A stretch of 64,000 nucleotides of DNA from Octopus vulgaris. Lineage: Eukaryota. Location of the stretch: positions 163,494,001-163,558,000 of the forward strand of contig OX597816.1 of the NCBI GenBank assembly GCA_951406725.2. The letters are read 5' to 3'. Of this stretch, positions 27,110 through 46,518 are shown in pieces. The notes beneath the pieces are model-generated. The model had not been told where the DNA came from, searched no databases, and saw only the letters and a list, made by a program, of their open reading frames with translations. A program made the translations under genes and the position numbers. Position 1 is the stretch's first letter; every line of letters begins with the position of its first letter.

Positions 27110-27286
27110 TTTCGGGGTAGGGATGAGTCGATGACATCGACCCCAGTGTTCAACTGGTACTTACTTTATCGACCCCGAAAGGATGAAAGATAAAGTCGAC
27201 CTCAGCGGAATTTGAAGCGACAGAGGAAATACCACTAAGTATTTCATTCAGCGCACTAACGATTCTGCCAGCTCACAACCTTAATG

Positions 27287-27379
<93 letters not shown>

Positions 27380-27553
27380 GAGAAAAAACATTTTTTTTTT
27401 AGACATTCATTAGTACAAACACTAAAAACTCCACCCCAAATATATGGCACACTAGGCATAACAACAACATGAACTTCCAACCTGTTATCTCTTGAGGTCT
27501 CTGGGTGAGACTTGGAGCCAACTTGTACAAATATAAAGCAAAAGTCAAACATC

Positions 27554-27618
<65 letters not shown>

Positions 27619-28272
27619 TTAATAATAATAATAATAATAAAAATTATAATGATAATAATAATAATGCTTTAAGAGGAATATAAAGGAAATGGGAATAGAG
27701 TGCTCAGTAGAACCGTTCCAAAAAGATTGTCTCCCTGGAAAAGAATTAAGTAATTGAAGAGAACAGATAGCAAGGTACCATAGGCTGCAGCTAGCAAGCC
27801 CGCTACACATTCAAGATCCCAAGATTTCCAACAAAACCTGAGTTCAAAGAATAATAATGATAACCCTTTCCGCTATAGGCACAAAACCTGAAATTTTAGG
27901 GGAGTGGACTATAAGACTACATTGATCCCAGTGTTCAGCATGTACTTAATTTATCGACCCCGAAAGAATGAAAGGTACAATCGGCCTCAGGACAGACGAT
28001 TTCACCCGGTGTTCTAACGATTCTGCCAGCTCACCACCTTGATTAAAAATAATACTCCTTTCTACTAAGAGCACCAGGCCTAAAATTGGGGTGGGTGGTT
28101 GGTTGGAGGAATGGGTCGATTACATCGACCCCCCGGTGCATAACTGGTACTTAATTTTATTCAACCCCTGAAAGGATGAAAGGCAAAGTCAACCTCGGTA
28201 AGAATTTGAACTCAGGACATAGCGACGGGCGAAATCCCGCTGCGCTAACGATTTCTGCCAGCTCGCCGCCTT
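27110..28272. mobile_element. Cluster: three minus-strand B-type SINEs (27110-27282, 27865-28040, 28055-28272) and two plus-strand LINE 3' ends (27380-27555, 27666-27850) in (AAT)n
   Basis: B core ttatcgaccccgaaaggatgaaag; 27666 reads FKRNIKEMGIECSVEPFQKDCLPG, RLE C-terminus-like. Confidence 0.7.
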
Positions 28273-28305
28273 AATCATAATGGCAATAACAACAACACCA
28301 ATAAC

Positions 28306-28421
<116 letters not shown>

Positions 28422-28432
28422 TGATGATGATG

Positions 28433-28559
<127 letters not shown>

Positions 28560-28903
28560 AAACAATAATTGAAACGAAATTAGCAATAAATATATTGCTA
28601 TATGTATTTAATGAGATAAAACTCCCAGAGAAGTATTAAGAAGGCTGGGTACGCTGCATATTAATTTTCCACGTGTTTTTCATCTTTATTTTTCTATTCC
28701 TCTAATATTTCGAGTTAATAACCTTCCTTAAAATATTCTCATAGTTATAAACAATATAAAAAGAGACACACACACACACACGTATCTCTATCTATTTATC
28801 TCTCCCGCTCTCTCGTTCTCACCCACTCATTGACTCTCTGTCTCCTAATATACAAACAATTACACGTACATATATAACGTTAGGTAGATAACAATCTATC
28901 TAT

Positions 28904-28956
<53 letters not shown>

Positions 28957-28989
28957 ATCTAGCTAGCTTAACTAGGTAATCTTTATCAG

Positions 28990-29146
<157 letters not shown>

Positions 29147-29245
29147 AGTATATACATGCGAGCACATATACTTGGATTGATGAAACTCCATTTAATATAA
29201 GACATATCGTCTGTTACTAGCTCTGTACGATATCATATTTATATA

Positions 29246-29281
<36 letters not shown>

Positions 29282-29430
29282 TGTGCGCGTGTGTGTGTGT
29301 GTGTGTATGCACACGTACATAGATACATGCCAATGCATCAATATATACACAAGTATATATGGATATACGAGTATGTAGATAAGAGTGTGTACATATATAT
29401 ATATATATACATATATATAGATATATATAC

Positions 29431-29475
<45 letters not shown>

Positions 29476-29924
29476 CATACATACATACATACATATATGT
29501 ATATATTTATATTCACATATACATATATATACATATGTATAGTAGAAATATGTTATGAAAAGAAAATATAAAATAATGCTTCAAGATATATATATATATA
29601 AGCTTACATGTATACATAAATATACGTATATATATACATATATATACATATATATACGTATCTATATATATACGTATCTATATATATATATATATATACA
29701 TATTATATGATTTATATATATATATGTATATATTATATATATATATATATGTATGTATATATATATATGTATATATTATATATATATATATGTATGTATA
29801 TATATATATATATATACGCACATAGATACACACTATTAATAATTACTATTATTATTGTTCCCGTGGATTTTCTTCTTTTCCTTTTGTACTTCATTATTAT
29901 TATTATTATCATTAATACTACTAC

Positions 29925-29956
<32 letters not shown>

Positions 29957-30166
29957 TTACTATCGGTGCTGCTGCTGCTGCTGCTGCTGCTGATTTTCTT
30001 GCTTTTGTTGTTGCTGTTCTCATCAGCTAGAAGCGCCATTACGATTTAATAACCAACGTGGAACAGAAACTGATGTGCAATATTACGTTTCGATGCAATC
30101 CAATATATATGAGATAATTCGTCCGCTCCCAACATCATTAGCAATTATCATCTTCATCATCGTCAC

Positions 30167-30197
<31 letters not shown>

Positions 30198-30399
30198 GTC
30201 ATCATGACCATCATTGTCACCATCAACAACAACAACGACAGCATCAAATGCGCGGAACCGATGAAGGCCGGTCATCCACCCCTAGGAGATGCTGGAAATA
30301 GCAGCTAGACTCCCAGTCAAAACACGTTCTAACGTTAAGGACTGGGTGGGTACGGCTCTTTATTATTCTGCTCTTTGGTTTCGTCTTCCGTCTTCCGTC

Positions 30400-30990
30400 T
30401 GCTAAGACTGTAAGAGTTCCGGTTGATCTGGTCAACGAAACAGTCTTCTCGTGGAATTAACGTACAAGAATTTTCAAGAAAATTCAGCATGATGTAACAT
30501 GACGTAACAAGGCCGGCCCTTTGAAATACATACACAACTCATTTTTGCCAGCTGAGATTACCTGAGCAACATGAAATAAAGAACCTTGCTCAAGGACACG
30601 ATGCGCCTACAGATGGTGAGCTGAACATCCACGCGTCTTCAACATAATTCTACTATATTAGTACTAATAGGTGAGGAAGCAGCAACAACAATAACAACAA
30701 CAGCGTCAAGAACTGCAGTTTTCCAGTGGATTTCTAGTTTTGAAAGATATTTGTCTAAACACTGAGATTTCAATTTGCTTTATGAAGGGGCAACACGGAT
30801 AAAAATTTCTTAATACGAAGCAAATAATCATTTCTACAATAGGCAGAAGGCCCCAGTACCTAACTGGTACTTGATTTATCGACCCCGAAAGGATGAAAGG
30901 TAAAGTCAACCACGGTAGAATTTGAACTCAGAACATAGCGGCAGACGAAATACAGCTAAGCATTTCGCCCGTGTGCGAACGATTCAGTCA
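30400..30990 (-). mobile_element. Degraded C-related SINE (30400-30610) and B SINE (30830-30990)
   Basis: gttccggttgatc..aacgaaacag and ggtacttgatttatcgaccccgaaaggatgaaagg motifs. Confidence 0.65.
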
Positions 30991-31709
30991 GATACAAAAC
31001 TAACTAATGCCAATACTAACATCGACCTGTCTCTGACTTATGATGTGCCAGAATTGAATCAGTAATATCAACTAAATTCTTTGGTGAATCCTGAAATAGA
31101 ATAAAATCATTTATATATACAACAAATCTGGATTAGCAACAAGAAAAGTTTCATCCAACATAAATTGAGATCTCAGCATGTTGCATCTATTTACTCTTCT
31201 CTTTACACACCTGAATGACTCCTAAACAATAACAAACTTCCTCTACCTAACCAGAAAAACTGTCTGCACCACATTTTTTTCACAGCCCACATCCTACTAT
31301 CATATACTTTTCTCTTGTCTTACCCCATCCACGATTCCTACACAAACACTTGTGCTTATCTATTATTTGGCGTGTCAACGGTACATCCGGTTAAACCCGC
31401 CGTAAAGCCCGAAAAATCAAGTCTAATAATGGTCAGTTATCCGAAAGTTCGAAACCACTACCAACCTTCCTTCTGTAAAATAAATCAATATGGATTCTAC
31501 TAAAAAGTATTGCGGGATCAGTTTAGTGTTAAATTAAATTGTTTTCATATATAGCTTCACATAAAACAAACATTAATATATATACATATATATATGTATA
31601 TACCACACTCAGAGATTTATTATATATATTATATATATATAGGATCTGAGCTATAGCCGTGACCGTCAAGTGGTTAGGACGCCATGATGTGGACGGAGTA
31701 ACCCAGGTA

Positions 31710-32150
<441 letters not shown>

Positions 32151-32422
32151 AAAGAGATTATATTTTTAAAAACGAAATAAAATGTATTTAAAAATTTTAA
32201 AGTAAAATAAAAATATTAAAAATTCATAATTAGAAAATATAATAAATAACACGATACATTATAAAAGAGTTAAAGCAGTAATTTTGTAAAAGAAATATTT
32301 ATTTGAGTTTAAAAGATTTTTAAAAATATATTCAAGAATTTCTTCAATGGTGATTTTGGAATCGTTTGGCTTTCGCTGTGATACATTTATTTACTTTTGT
32401 TTATTTGTTTGCGTTCCTTTGT

Positions 32423-32473
<51 letters not shown>

Positions 32474-32502
32474 TTGCAGTCTGAGTGTATTTGTTTATTG
32501 TA

Positions 32503-32721
32503 CTCTTTTACTCTGTTACTCTTTTACTTGTTTCAGTCATTTGACTGCGGCCATGCTGGAGCACCGCTTTCAATCGAGCAACTCGACCCCGGGACTTATT
32601 CTTTTTGTAAGCCCAGTACTTATTCTATCAGTCTGCTTTGCCGAACCGCTAAGTAACGGGGACATAAACACACAAACATTGGTTGTCAAGCAATCCTAGG
32701 AGGACAAACACATACACACAA

Positions 32722-32780
<59 letters not shown>

Positions 32781-32937
32781 TACGACAGGCTTCTTTCAGT
32801 TTCTGTCTACCAAATCCACTCACAAGGCATTGGTCGGCCCGAGGCTATAGCAGAAGACACTTGGCCAAGATGCCACGCAGTGGGACTGAACCCGGAACCA
32901 TGAGGTTGGTTAGCAAGCTACTTACCACACAGCCACA
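32503..32937 (-). mobile_element. SINE family A
   Basis: Reverse complement of the A consensus. Confidence 0.92.
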
Positions 32938-32988
32938 TTATTTACCTATTTGTTTGTCTTTTATGTATTTATTTATGTGTTTTTATCA

Positions 32989-33143
32989 GCCAGGAGTGGC
33001 TTTGTGGTAAGTAGCCTCTTTACCAGCCACATGGTTCAGGGTTCAGTCTCACTGTATAGCACCTTAGGCAAGTGTCATCTACTATAGCCTCAAGCCAACC
33101 AAAGCCGTGTGAGTGATAAACGGAAACTGAAAGAAGCCCTTCG

Positions 33144-33190
<47 letters not shown>

Positions 33191-33308
33191 ATTTGTGTGT
33201 CTGTGTTGGCTCCCCCCCGCCAACATCGCTTCTGCCTGTTTCTGTCTGTCTCTGTCTCTCTTCTTTACTCTTGTGGGTTCGAGGTCGTTGTGAATTCTTG
33301 GCAGGGAG
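32989..33308 (+). mobile_element. SINE family A 5' half fused to the (GAA)n-tailed element (33231-33308)
   Basis: A sequence stops at caacatcgctt and switches to the sequence shared with 5101-5170. Confidence 0.8.
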
Positions 33309-34756
33309 GAAGAAGAAGAAGAAGAAGAAGAAGAAGAAGAAGAGAAGAAGAAGAAGAAGAAGAAGAAGAAGAAGAAGAAGAAGAAGAAAAAGGAGGAAGG
33401 GAGGAAGAGGAGAAGGAGGGGGGAGGGGAGGGGAGAAGGAGGATGGGAGGAGGAGGAGGAGGGTGGGGAATACGGGAGTGCCATGATAGTAGTAGTATGT
33501 TGAATGATCAAGTGCCCTGAAAGTGACTTGTGGATGGTAGTAGTGATTGAATTCTTGAGGCGACCTCTGTGAGAATGATTTATAAAGTACGACGCTGTTT
33601 GTGCAGGTAAGAATGGCAGAAGACCGGGATGAGCAGCAAGCACCAGGAAAGATATTACTGGAATCCTGAGAAGAAGATTGTAAATCTAGATTCGGAGTCC
33701 AAAATTGTGAATCAATGGTTTCAACCACAGCAAAAATGTCAAATGAACCATTATACATACACACACATCTATATATAAATATAAAGATATATATATAGAG
33801 AGAGAGACAGAGAGAGAGAGAGAGATATAGATATACATAGATAGATAGATACAAACATACATACATACATGCATACATACATACATACATACATACATAC
33901 ATACATACATACATACATACATACATACATACATACATACATTCATACATACATAAATACACACACATACATACATACATGTATATATATACATTTATTT
34001 ATTTTATTTTATGGCGAGAACGGCGCGTTTTATTTTACACTGATGATATGCATATATATATATATATGTTTGTTTGTATGAATGTATTTATACGTGTGTG
34101 CGTATGTATGTATAAATGTATATATTAATGCATACAAGTACATTTATACATGCATATACTTATATATGTACGCATGTGTATGTGCATGTATATATATATA
34201 TGTATGTATGTAGGTATGTATGTATGCATGTATGTTTAAACACACACACACACACACACGCACACACACACATATATATATATATATATACATATATATA
34301 TTTGCACACAGGCATATACGTATACATGGACACATATATAACATATATACACAGATAGACAAAAATATATATATATACATACCTCTATACACACATGCAT
34401 TTGTGTGTATGTGTGTGTGTGTGCGTGTGTATCCCTGTAAATGTTTTTAACTGACACCAACTGACATCGACCAGCTTAACAATGAACTTCGAGATATTCC
34501 TCACACAATGCTGCTTTATACAAACCGTATCCTAATTCAATACAATACAATATAGCAAAGCATAACATAATATAACACAGCCATAATACACTATAATATA
34601 CAATAACAGCGCATAATACAATATAATATCGTATAATGCAACACAATGCGGTACTGTATAACGCAAACACAATGCAACACATCTTTAATATCACCCCAAA
34701 CACCCTGCATCGATAACAAGAGAAAAGGGGCACGATTTTATTTCGTGCTCACGCAG

Positions 34757-34832
<76 letters not shown>

Positions 34833-34869
34833 ATATGTATATATGTATATGTATGTATATATATATGTG

Positions 34870-34928
<59 letters not shown>

Positions 34929-35130
34929 ATATATACATGCATACATATATACATACATATATACGCAGATAAATTCACTGACGGAGAACAAACCGAAAAT
35001 ATTGAATAACCCTTTAAACAGCATAACGCGAGATACATAATGGCTTCTGGCAGTTACACACGAGCACACGAACACCTACGCACATGCGCACGCACACAGA
35101 CACTCACACACACATACATACATACATACA

Positions 35131-35164
<34 letters not shown>

Positions 35165-35929
35165 CATACATACACAAGCTTACATGCATACATGCGCGAT
35201 TTCATACATAATTTTTTATGCACAAATCCACAGACTTGCATACACATTTTAGCATGTTCACTTACACCAACACACACACACACGCGCATACACACACACA
35301 CGCGCGCATACACACACACACGTATTTATGCAAACCTACATTCACGCAAGTTCATTCTAATCCACACAAATGCAGATACGTTCACAGAAAAGATACACAC
35401 ACGCACACAAACAAACACACGCGCGCGCACATACACATGCAGACACACTCAATTTAACAGTAACATATATCTGTATACAAATAAATACAGTCATATACAT
35501 ACACACCAAATGCAAGAAATTTACATATATATTATTACATTCACACATATTCACCATTCATAGACACTCATTTAAATACACACACACACACACACATACA
35601 CACATATTCGGACTCACAAATATACATGAACATTCATACATTCCTCTCCATCATTTCCTCTCCACTATTGCTGTTTAGAATAACACATAAGAAAAATGTA
35701 TAAACAACACATTCAAAAGAGATTTTTCTCAAGAATTCAATCACTACTACCACCAACAACAAGTCACTTTTAGGGCACTTGACCATTTAACATCCTACTA
35801 CTATCATGGCACATATGCAATTTATATACGATATATATTCACGCAAACATACACACGTTAACGCAAACACCTAAAAGCGTACAATTCTGTGCACACGTTT
35901 ACAAGGACACAAACTGTTTAATATGCATG

Positions 35930-36792
35930 TATTTGTACTCCCAGACACCATCGCTTTGACAACCGATGTTGGTGTGTCTACGCTGCCTAAACTTAGCGGT
36001 TTGGCAAAAGAGCCCGATAGAATAAGTAGTAGGCTTACAAACAATAAGTCCTGGGGTCGATTTGCTCGACTAAAGGCAGGGCTCCAGCATGGCCACACGC
36101 GCTAAATTTTACGTGATCATTCGGGCAGACACGCGAACTATACATATACACAAGGTTACACGGCCACATTCAATGTTGCACACATATTCATACAAGCACA
36201 GAAATTCACACGATGTGCTTCTTTCAGTTTCTGTCTACCAAATCAACCCACAAAGCTTTAGTCGGCCCGGGGCTATAGTAAAAGACACTTGCCCAAGGTG
36301 CCATGCAGTGGGACTGAACCCGGGACCATGTAGTTGGGAAACAAGCTTCTTACCACGCAGCCACTCTTGTGTATTTTACATATACACATACGCAAATTTC
36401 ACACATATACAAATACGCATAATTTTACATTTACACACACAGAAATTCACACACACACATATATGTAAGCATAATTTTAAACATATACACACACAGAAAT
36501 TCATGCACATACACATACATAGAAATGCAAATATTACTCATTTACTAACACAACAAATTTTTACACATACAAGTACACACAACTTCACATATACATCTAG
36601 ATGATTTTATATACAATTTCCCACACATAGACGCAGGCGTGGCTGTGTGGTAAGGAACTTGCCTCCCAACTACATGGTTCCGGGTTCAGTCCAACTGCAT
36701 GGAACCTTGGGCAGATGTCTTCTCCTAGAAGACTTGGGCCAACCAAAGCCTTGTGAGTGGATTTGGTAGACGGAAACTGAAAGAAGCCCATC

Positions 36793-36873
<81 letters not shown>

Positions 36874-37850
36874 CTTGTCTTTCTGTATATCTGGGTCTCT
36901 GTTTGTCCCTTTCCCGACCACGATCGCTTTGACAACCGATCTTGGTATATTTACGTCCCCTACCTTAGCAGTTCGGTAAAAGGGAGCGATAAAATAAGGA
37001 CTAGGATTACAAAAAATAAGCCCTAGGGTGCTCCAGCATGGCTGCAGTCAAATAACTGAAAAAAGTAAAGGAAGGAAAGAAGGAAAGAATAAAGGAACAC
37101 ACACGCATGCACACACACACGCACACACAAACACAAGCACAGACATTCACAGATATATTCACACAGCAAGAGAGATATAGGGACACACACACACACACCG
37201 GTACATTCATAGTTTTATACAGACGTGGCTGTGTGGTAAGAAGTTCACTCCCAACCACATGTTTTCGAGTTCGGACCCACTGCGTGGCATCTTGGGCATA
37301 TGTCTTTTACTACAGCCTCGCATCGACTAAAAACCATGTGAGCAGATTTTGTAGACGGAAACTGAAAGAATCCCGTCGCATGTTTATATGCGTGTACATA
37401 AACATGCATGTGTCTTTGCGTTTGTTTCTGTCCCCTTACAACCACTTGACAATCGGTGTTGGTGTGTTTACGTCCATGTAAGCTAGAGGTTCAGCAAAAG
37501 AGACCCAGCTGGCATAATCGTTAGCACGCCGGGTGAAATGCTTACCGGTATTTTGTCTGCCGTTACGTTCTGAGTTCAAATTCCGCCGTGGTTGACTTTG
37601 CCTTTCATACTTTCGGGGTCGATAAATTAAGTACCAGTTACGCACTGGGGTCGATATAATCGACTTAATCCGTTTGTCTGTCCTTGTTTGTCCCCTCTAT
37701 GTTTAGCTCCTTGTGGACAATAAAGAAATAAAGAGACCGAGAGAATAAGCAGCTGGCTTTTGAAAAATGTCTACTATGGTCGATTCGTTCGACTAAAATT
37801 CTTGAAGGCGGTACTCCAGCATGGCCGCATTCTAATGATTGAAACACTTT
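35930..37850. mobile_element. Cluster of family A SINEs (35930-36095 +, 36215-36370 -, 36630-37075 +, 37222-37850 +), the last with a nested B SINE at 37505-37730
   Basis: Shared motifs; the B insertion is flanked by duplicated aaagagacc. Confidence 0.85.
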
Positions 37851-38704
37851 AAAAGAATTTAAAAATACACATACGCACACAAACATTCAAACTCGAACAG
37901 ACACACACATATTCACACAAGTGCAGGGAAATGAATTCACAGGGAAGGAGAGAAGGGGAGAAAGAAAGAGAAAGACAGGGACAGAGAGAGAGAGAGAGAG
38001 AGAGAGATTGCATGGTCAGTCTCCTACAGACAAGCACGCACACACACACACATTTACACACATTTACACTCCTACACAAACAACCAAATTCACAGGGAAG
38101 GGGAGAGAGAGATAAACAGGGGCAGAAAGAGGGAGACATTCATGGTCAATTTCATACAGACAAGCACTCACACACACACACACACATTTACACTCCGACA
38201 ACCAAATTCACAGACATATTCACACAAATACGGAGTTCTCAGAGAGAGAGAAAGAGAGAGTGAGAGAGAGAGAGAGAGAGAGAGAAAGAGGGAGACAGAT
38301 AGAAAGAGAGAGAGAGAGAAAAAGAGGGAGAGGGAGAAAGAGAGAGAGAAAGAGGGAGAGGGAGAGAAAGACAGAGAGAGAGGGAGAGAGAGAGAAAGTG
38401 AGTGTGTGTGTGTTTGTGTGTGTATGCGTGTGTGTGACAGAGAGAGAGAGAGTGAGTGTAAACGTGTTTGTGTATAAATGTGTGTATGAGAGAAAGAGAG
38501 AGTGTGTGTGTGTGTATGTGTGTAGGTGTGTGTGCATGTGTGTGTGAGAGAGAGAGGGAGAAGAGCACTTACACTGACAAATACACATACACACACACTC
38601 ATATACAGATGGAAGGGAAGAGAAAGAGGGAAAGATAAAAATATACACGCTCATACAGAGAAGCATATATATACACACAAACACTCACTTGGAGCAGAAG
38701 TGGA

Positions 38705-38736
<32 letters not shown>

Positions 38737-39715
38737 AGGGAGAGAGAGGGAGAGAGAGAGGGAGAGAGATGGGAGAGAGAGAGATTCACACACATAAAGA
38801 TGAAAGAGGAGAGAGAGAGGCATTCACACAGACAAACACACGCAGATAGATGAGAGAAAAAGAGGACGAGAGAAAGAGGGACGGAGACTTATACGCTCAT
38901 AGATACAAGCATACACATACACTCACACACACACTCACACACACACACACACGCGCGCGCTCAGAGAGAGCGTGACAGAGATAGAGATAGAGAGAAACAG
39001 AGAGTCACATACATATAGATGCAGGAAGACAGAGAGAGAGAGACACTCACAGAGACAACCACACACATACACACACTTACACACGCACGCAGACATGCAC
39101 AGACAGAAGGAGAGTAAGTGCGTGTGTGGGAGAGAGAGAGAGAGAGAATCGGAACACAGACACCAAAATCTCAACACATTTTTTCCATCAATATCAGAAG
39201 AAATATAGAAAAAAGAGAAAAAAGTGCCATATATTTTAACATTATATACACTGAGATATTTTTCAATAAAAACAAGCTTCTTCAAAGACGATACTACATT
39301 TAGTATTTCAATATAAGAGAATGATTTATTTTTATGGCCGACATTTTTCTAATTTAAACAGAATTGCTCCCACTTAAATACTATTTTACTCCAGCGCCGC
39401 CATCTTGTAACACTATCGCCATACTTGCTCAGATTGTGTTCACGATTATCATTTTGTTTCTCTGTTCTTTCTTTGATTTATTATTATATTTTTTTTTTGT
39501 ATTGTATGTTATGTATGTTGTTGTTGTTGTTGTTGTTTTTGGTTGTGGTGGTGGTGGTGGTGTATTGTTGTTGTTGTTGTTGTTGTTGATGTTTCTGTTG
39601 TTATTTATATTTACAATCATCTTTTCTTCGCTCTCGTCTACTTTCCTGCCTCTCCTATTCTTCTTTACTTCATATTTTCTCTGTAAAGTTTTGATGTACA
39701 TGTTATTTTGGCTTT

Positions 39716-42970
<3,255 letters not shown>

Positions 42971-43270
42971 CACATTCTTTAATCCCCGACAGTGCACTTA
43001 AAATGTTTTTTCCCTCTTTGACAGGAAAATAATTTCCGCATCCATTTCTAGTCGTGCCCTATCTCTAATCACTATTGTGTAGGTTTGAACTTGAACCATT
43101 AATTTACCAGTCGTTGTTGTTACATTGACTAAAGTTACTTCTCTTAGTTTTCGCTTAAAAAAAAGAAACTTTCAACGATCTTTATAAGGCTTTATGGTGT
43201 ATCAGACGCCGATGTCTAAATATAGTTTTCACTACAGTGAAGGCACTATTTTTATGTTAAAATCTGTATA

Positions 43271-43503
43271 GGTGCAGGAGTGGCTGTGTGGTAAGTAGCG
43301 TGCTTAACAACCACATGGTCCCGGGTTCATTCACACTGCGTGGCACCTTGGGCAAGTGTCTTCTACTATAGCCTCGAGCCCACCAAAGCCTTGTGACTGG
43401 ATTTGGTAGAAGGAATCTGAAAGAAGCCCGTCGCTTGTATTTATAAGTGTATATAAACATGCATGTGTCTTTGCGTTTGTTTCTGTCCCCGTCGTATATA
43501 TGC

Positions 43504-43551
<48 letters not shown>

Positions 43552-43696
43552 AATATTGCTTGACAACCGATGCTGGTGTGTTTACGTTCCCGTAACTTAG
43601 CGGTTCGGCAAAAGGGACCGATAGAATAAGGACCAGGCTAACAAAGAATAAGTCGAGCATGGCCAGTCAAATGACTGAAACAAGTAAAAGAGTAAA
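43271..43696 (+). mobile_element. SINE family A
   Basis: Collinear with the A consensus; another partial copy at 44080-44296. Confidence 0.9.
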
Positions 43697-44321
43697 GGGA
43701 GATAACTCAGAGGTTCTCGACCGGGGCCCGCATTGGGCTTGCGGGTCCACATAAGATTTTGTTGTTAAAATTTATAAGCATTAAATTGGTTATACTTCTA
43801 CAATTACAATTTTTTTGACCACTCATTATCTACGATGAATATTAAAGAATAAAAAATTAATATTTGTTTGTTATATATGAAAATAAAGATTAAACAATTC
43901 AGCAATGAATAGACAAATTGTGTTAAATTAATGATATAACATGGAGAAATAAGTCGCAAAAATTAATTAGCGAAAATCCGAAATAACTTTTGATTGAACC
44001 TGGTTATAATGTGCATCCAGCTTACTTTCTCACCAGTAAGAAAAAAAACTGAAAGTGCAATACAGACAAATATAGGAAGGTTCCGGGTTCATTCTCACTG
44101 AAAGAAGCATGTATGTGTGTGTATGTGTTTGTGTGTATGTGTTTGTGTGTCTGTGTTTATCCCCTCAACATCGCTTGACAACCGATGCTGGTGTGTTTAC
44201 GTCCCCGTAACTTAGCGGTTCGGCAAAAGGGACCGGTAGAATAAGTACTAGGCTTACAAAGAATAAGTCGTGGGGTCGATTTGCTCGTCTAAAGGCCATT
44301 GGGTAAGTGTAAGTCTCTTCC

Positions 44322-44738
44322 CAGGGTTTCTCAACCAAGGGTGCCAGATAGCATTCCAGGCGAGCTGGCATAATCGTTAGCAACCTCGGCGAAATGCCTA
44401 GCGGTATTTCGTCTGCCATTACGTTCTGAGTTCAAATTCCGCCGAGGCTGACTTTGCCTTTCATCTTTTCGGGGTCGATAAATGAAGTACCAGTTACGCA
44501 CTGGGGTCGATATAATCGACTTAATCCCTTTGTCTGTCCTTGTTTGTCCCCTTTATGTTTAGCCCCTTGTGGGCAATAAAGAAATAAGATATCATTCTAG
44601 GGGGTGTGAGCATGACCAGATTTACAGGGGGTTCAAAGAGGGCCTTTATTCTTATATGAATTATTACCTCAAGGGGTGTGGGAACATATTAAAAGATTTT
44701 AAGGGTGCAGGGGCATAAAAAAAGGTTGGGGACCACTG
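44322..44738. mobile_element. hAT (Charlie-like) non-autonomous element with a nested B SINE at 44359-44586
   Basis: Imperfect TIRs cagggtttctcaacc / ggttggggaccactg; SINE TSD agatagcattcca / agatatcattcta. Confidence 0.7.
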
Positions 44739-45380
44739 AGCTAAACGATGGCGATGTTGCGGAGAGAGTATAGTTCTTACGCTTGTTTTGCTTGTAGCTT
44801 GTCTTTGTATTAAATAGTATTTGGATCTTAAGCAATCTGCTTTCCTTGTTTAATTTATATTAATTGTTAATTTCTTATTATCTATGGATTTTAAACGATT
44901 AAACTAAAATTACATCGCATTTTAAAGTACTAAACAACGGATATAACTCCAGAAATTCCGTACAAAAAAAAACAATATTAAATACTCGCACACATACATA
45001 AGAAATAGTATCGTTGTAGCCGAGTCTTTTGATGGCCACAATCTAAAACTCCCCATTATTCTAAAGATTTCATCATTAATAAAGAAATTTAGAAATTGCT
45101 ATGGAAACTTTCTTAACCAAGCAATTTCGAGAGAGAAAGTGAGGTGCAAATATAGGTGCAATTCGGAAAATTCAAACATTATTATCATAGAATTCTGAGA
45201 GAGAAGTCGAAATTTATATCTTATTCGATTGACGATGAAACTCACGGTCGTGAAGTAGGAGTTGGTTAATACAGCATCTGAATAAAGTTATTTATTAGTT
45301 TACATTTTTGCATCTCAAGTTCTCACTTCCTTAATATTATTAAAGATATTTGTGCGTGCATGCACATACACACACATGGA

Positions 45381-45761
45381 TGGAAGCACTCCGTCGGTTA
45401 CGACGATGAGGGTTCCGGTTGATGCGAATCAACGGAACAGCCTGCTCGTGAAATTAACGTGTAAGTGGCTGAGCACTCCACAGACACGTGTACTCTTAAC
45501 GTAGTTCTCGGGGATATTCAGCGTGACACAGAGTGTGACAAGGCTAGCCATTTGAAATACAGGTACAACAGAAACAAGACGAAAGAGTGAAAGTTGTGGT
45601 GAAAGAGTACAGCAGGGATCACCACCATCCCCTGCCGGAGCATCGTGGAGCTTTAGGTGTTTTCGCTCAATAAACACTCACAACGCCCGATCTGGGAATC
45701 GAAACCGTGATTCTACGACCGCGAGTCCGCTGCCCTAACCACTGGGCCATTGCGTCTCCAC
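45381..45761 (-). mobile_element. SINE family C, full length
   Basis: Head ggagacgcaatggcccagtggttagggcagcggactcgcgg...ggtttcgattccc (TCG anticodon-like). Confidence 0.93.
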
Positions 45762-46143
45762 TACACACACACACATACATTTATATAACTAATAAAATTC
45801 AGAAAACTTATTTGGTGTCATATAATATGTTTTCTGCGTTTTATTAACACTACTTCCTGTTTCGTAATCCGTACTCTAGCCTATCCCGTGGTTCCGTACC
45901 CACTCCTCGTACTGCCCTAGATATACGAGTAAAGTGGGAAACCTACTAATCAGCCCTAACTTCGGTTACATCTTGAACATATATATATTGATACATACAT
46001 ATATACATACATACATACACACACACATACATACATGCATACATTCATACATACATATATATATACATACACACACACAATTAACTGGAGAATCGTATAT
46101 ACATGCACACACACGCGCATATATATATGCATTAATATATATA

Positions 46144-46518
46144 CGAGCAACACGCCCTCCGTCCAATGGACGGTGCTGAGTTGTCAAACATTTAAACTAA
46201 ATTTTCTCAAAACAACTTGTCCGACCGTCCCATAGGCCTCCCCTTTGAGAAACACTGATTTAACCTAAATTTGAGACACCAGCAAAGGAAGAAATAAAGA
46301 TAGACTTTTTTTCTATTCCAAGAAAAACGATTTTACAAATGCACGTTCCCACGGGTTTATCGATCGCATGGAATCGAGTTTTGTAATTTTTTCAAGAGTT
46401 ACACACGCTTGGATACCGTGGGTATCTACACATCAAATTTGAGCGCAATCGGACGGAGGATGCCCAAGATCCTAGAATACACACACGCAGACAGACAGAA
46501 CGGATTTTGTATAATAGA
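46144..46518 (-). mobile_element. Non-autonomous Helitron-like element
   Basis: Minus strand begins A|TC; hairpin ccgtccattggacgg; ends CTCG|T. Confidence 0.75.

Noticed and set aside
45685-45761. tRNA-Arg(TCG)-like gene
   Set aside because: It is the head of SINE C and continues into the SINE body; no proper acceptor stem
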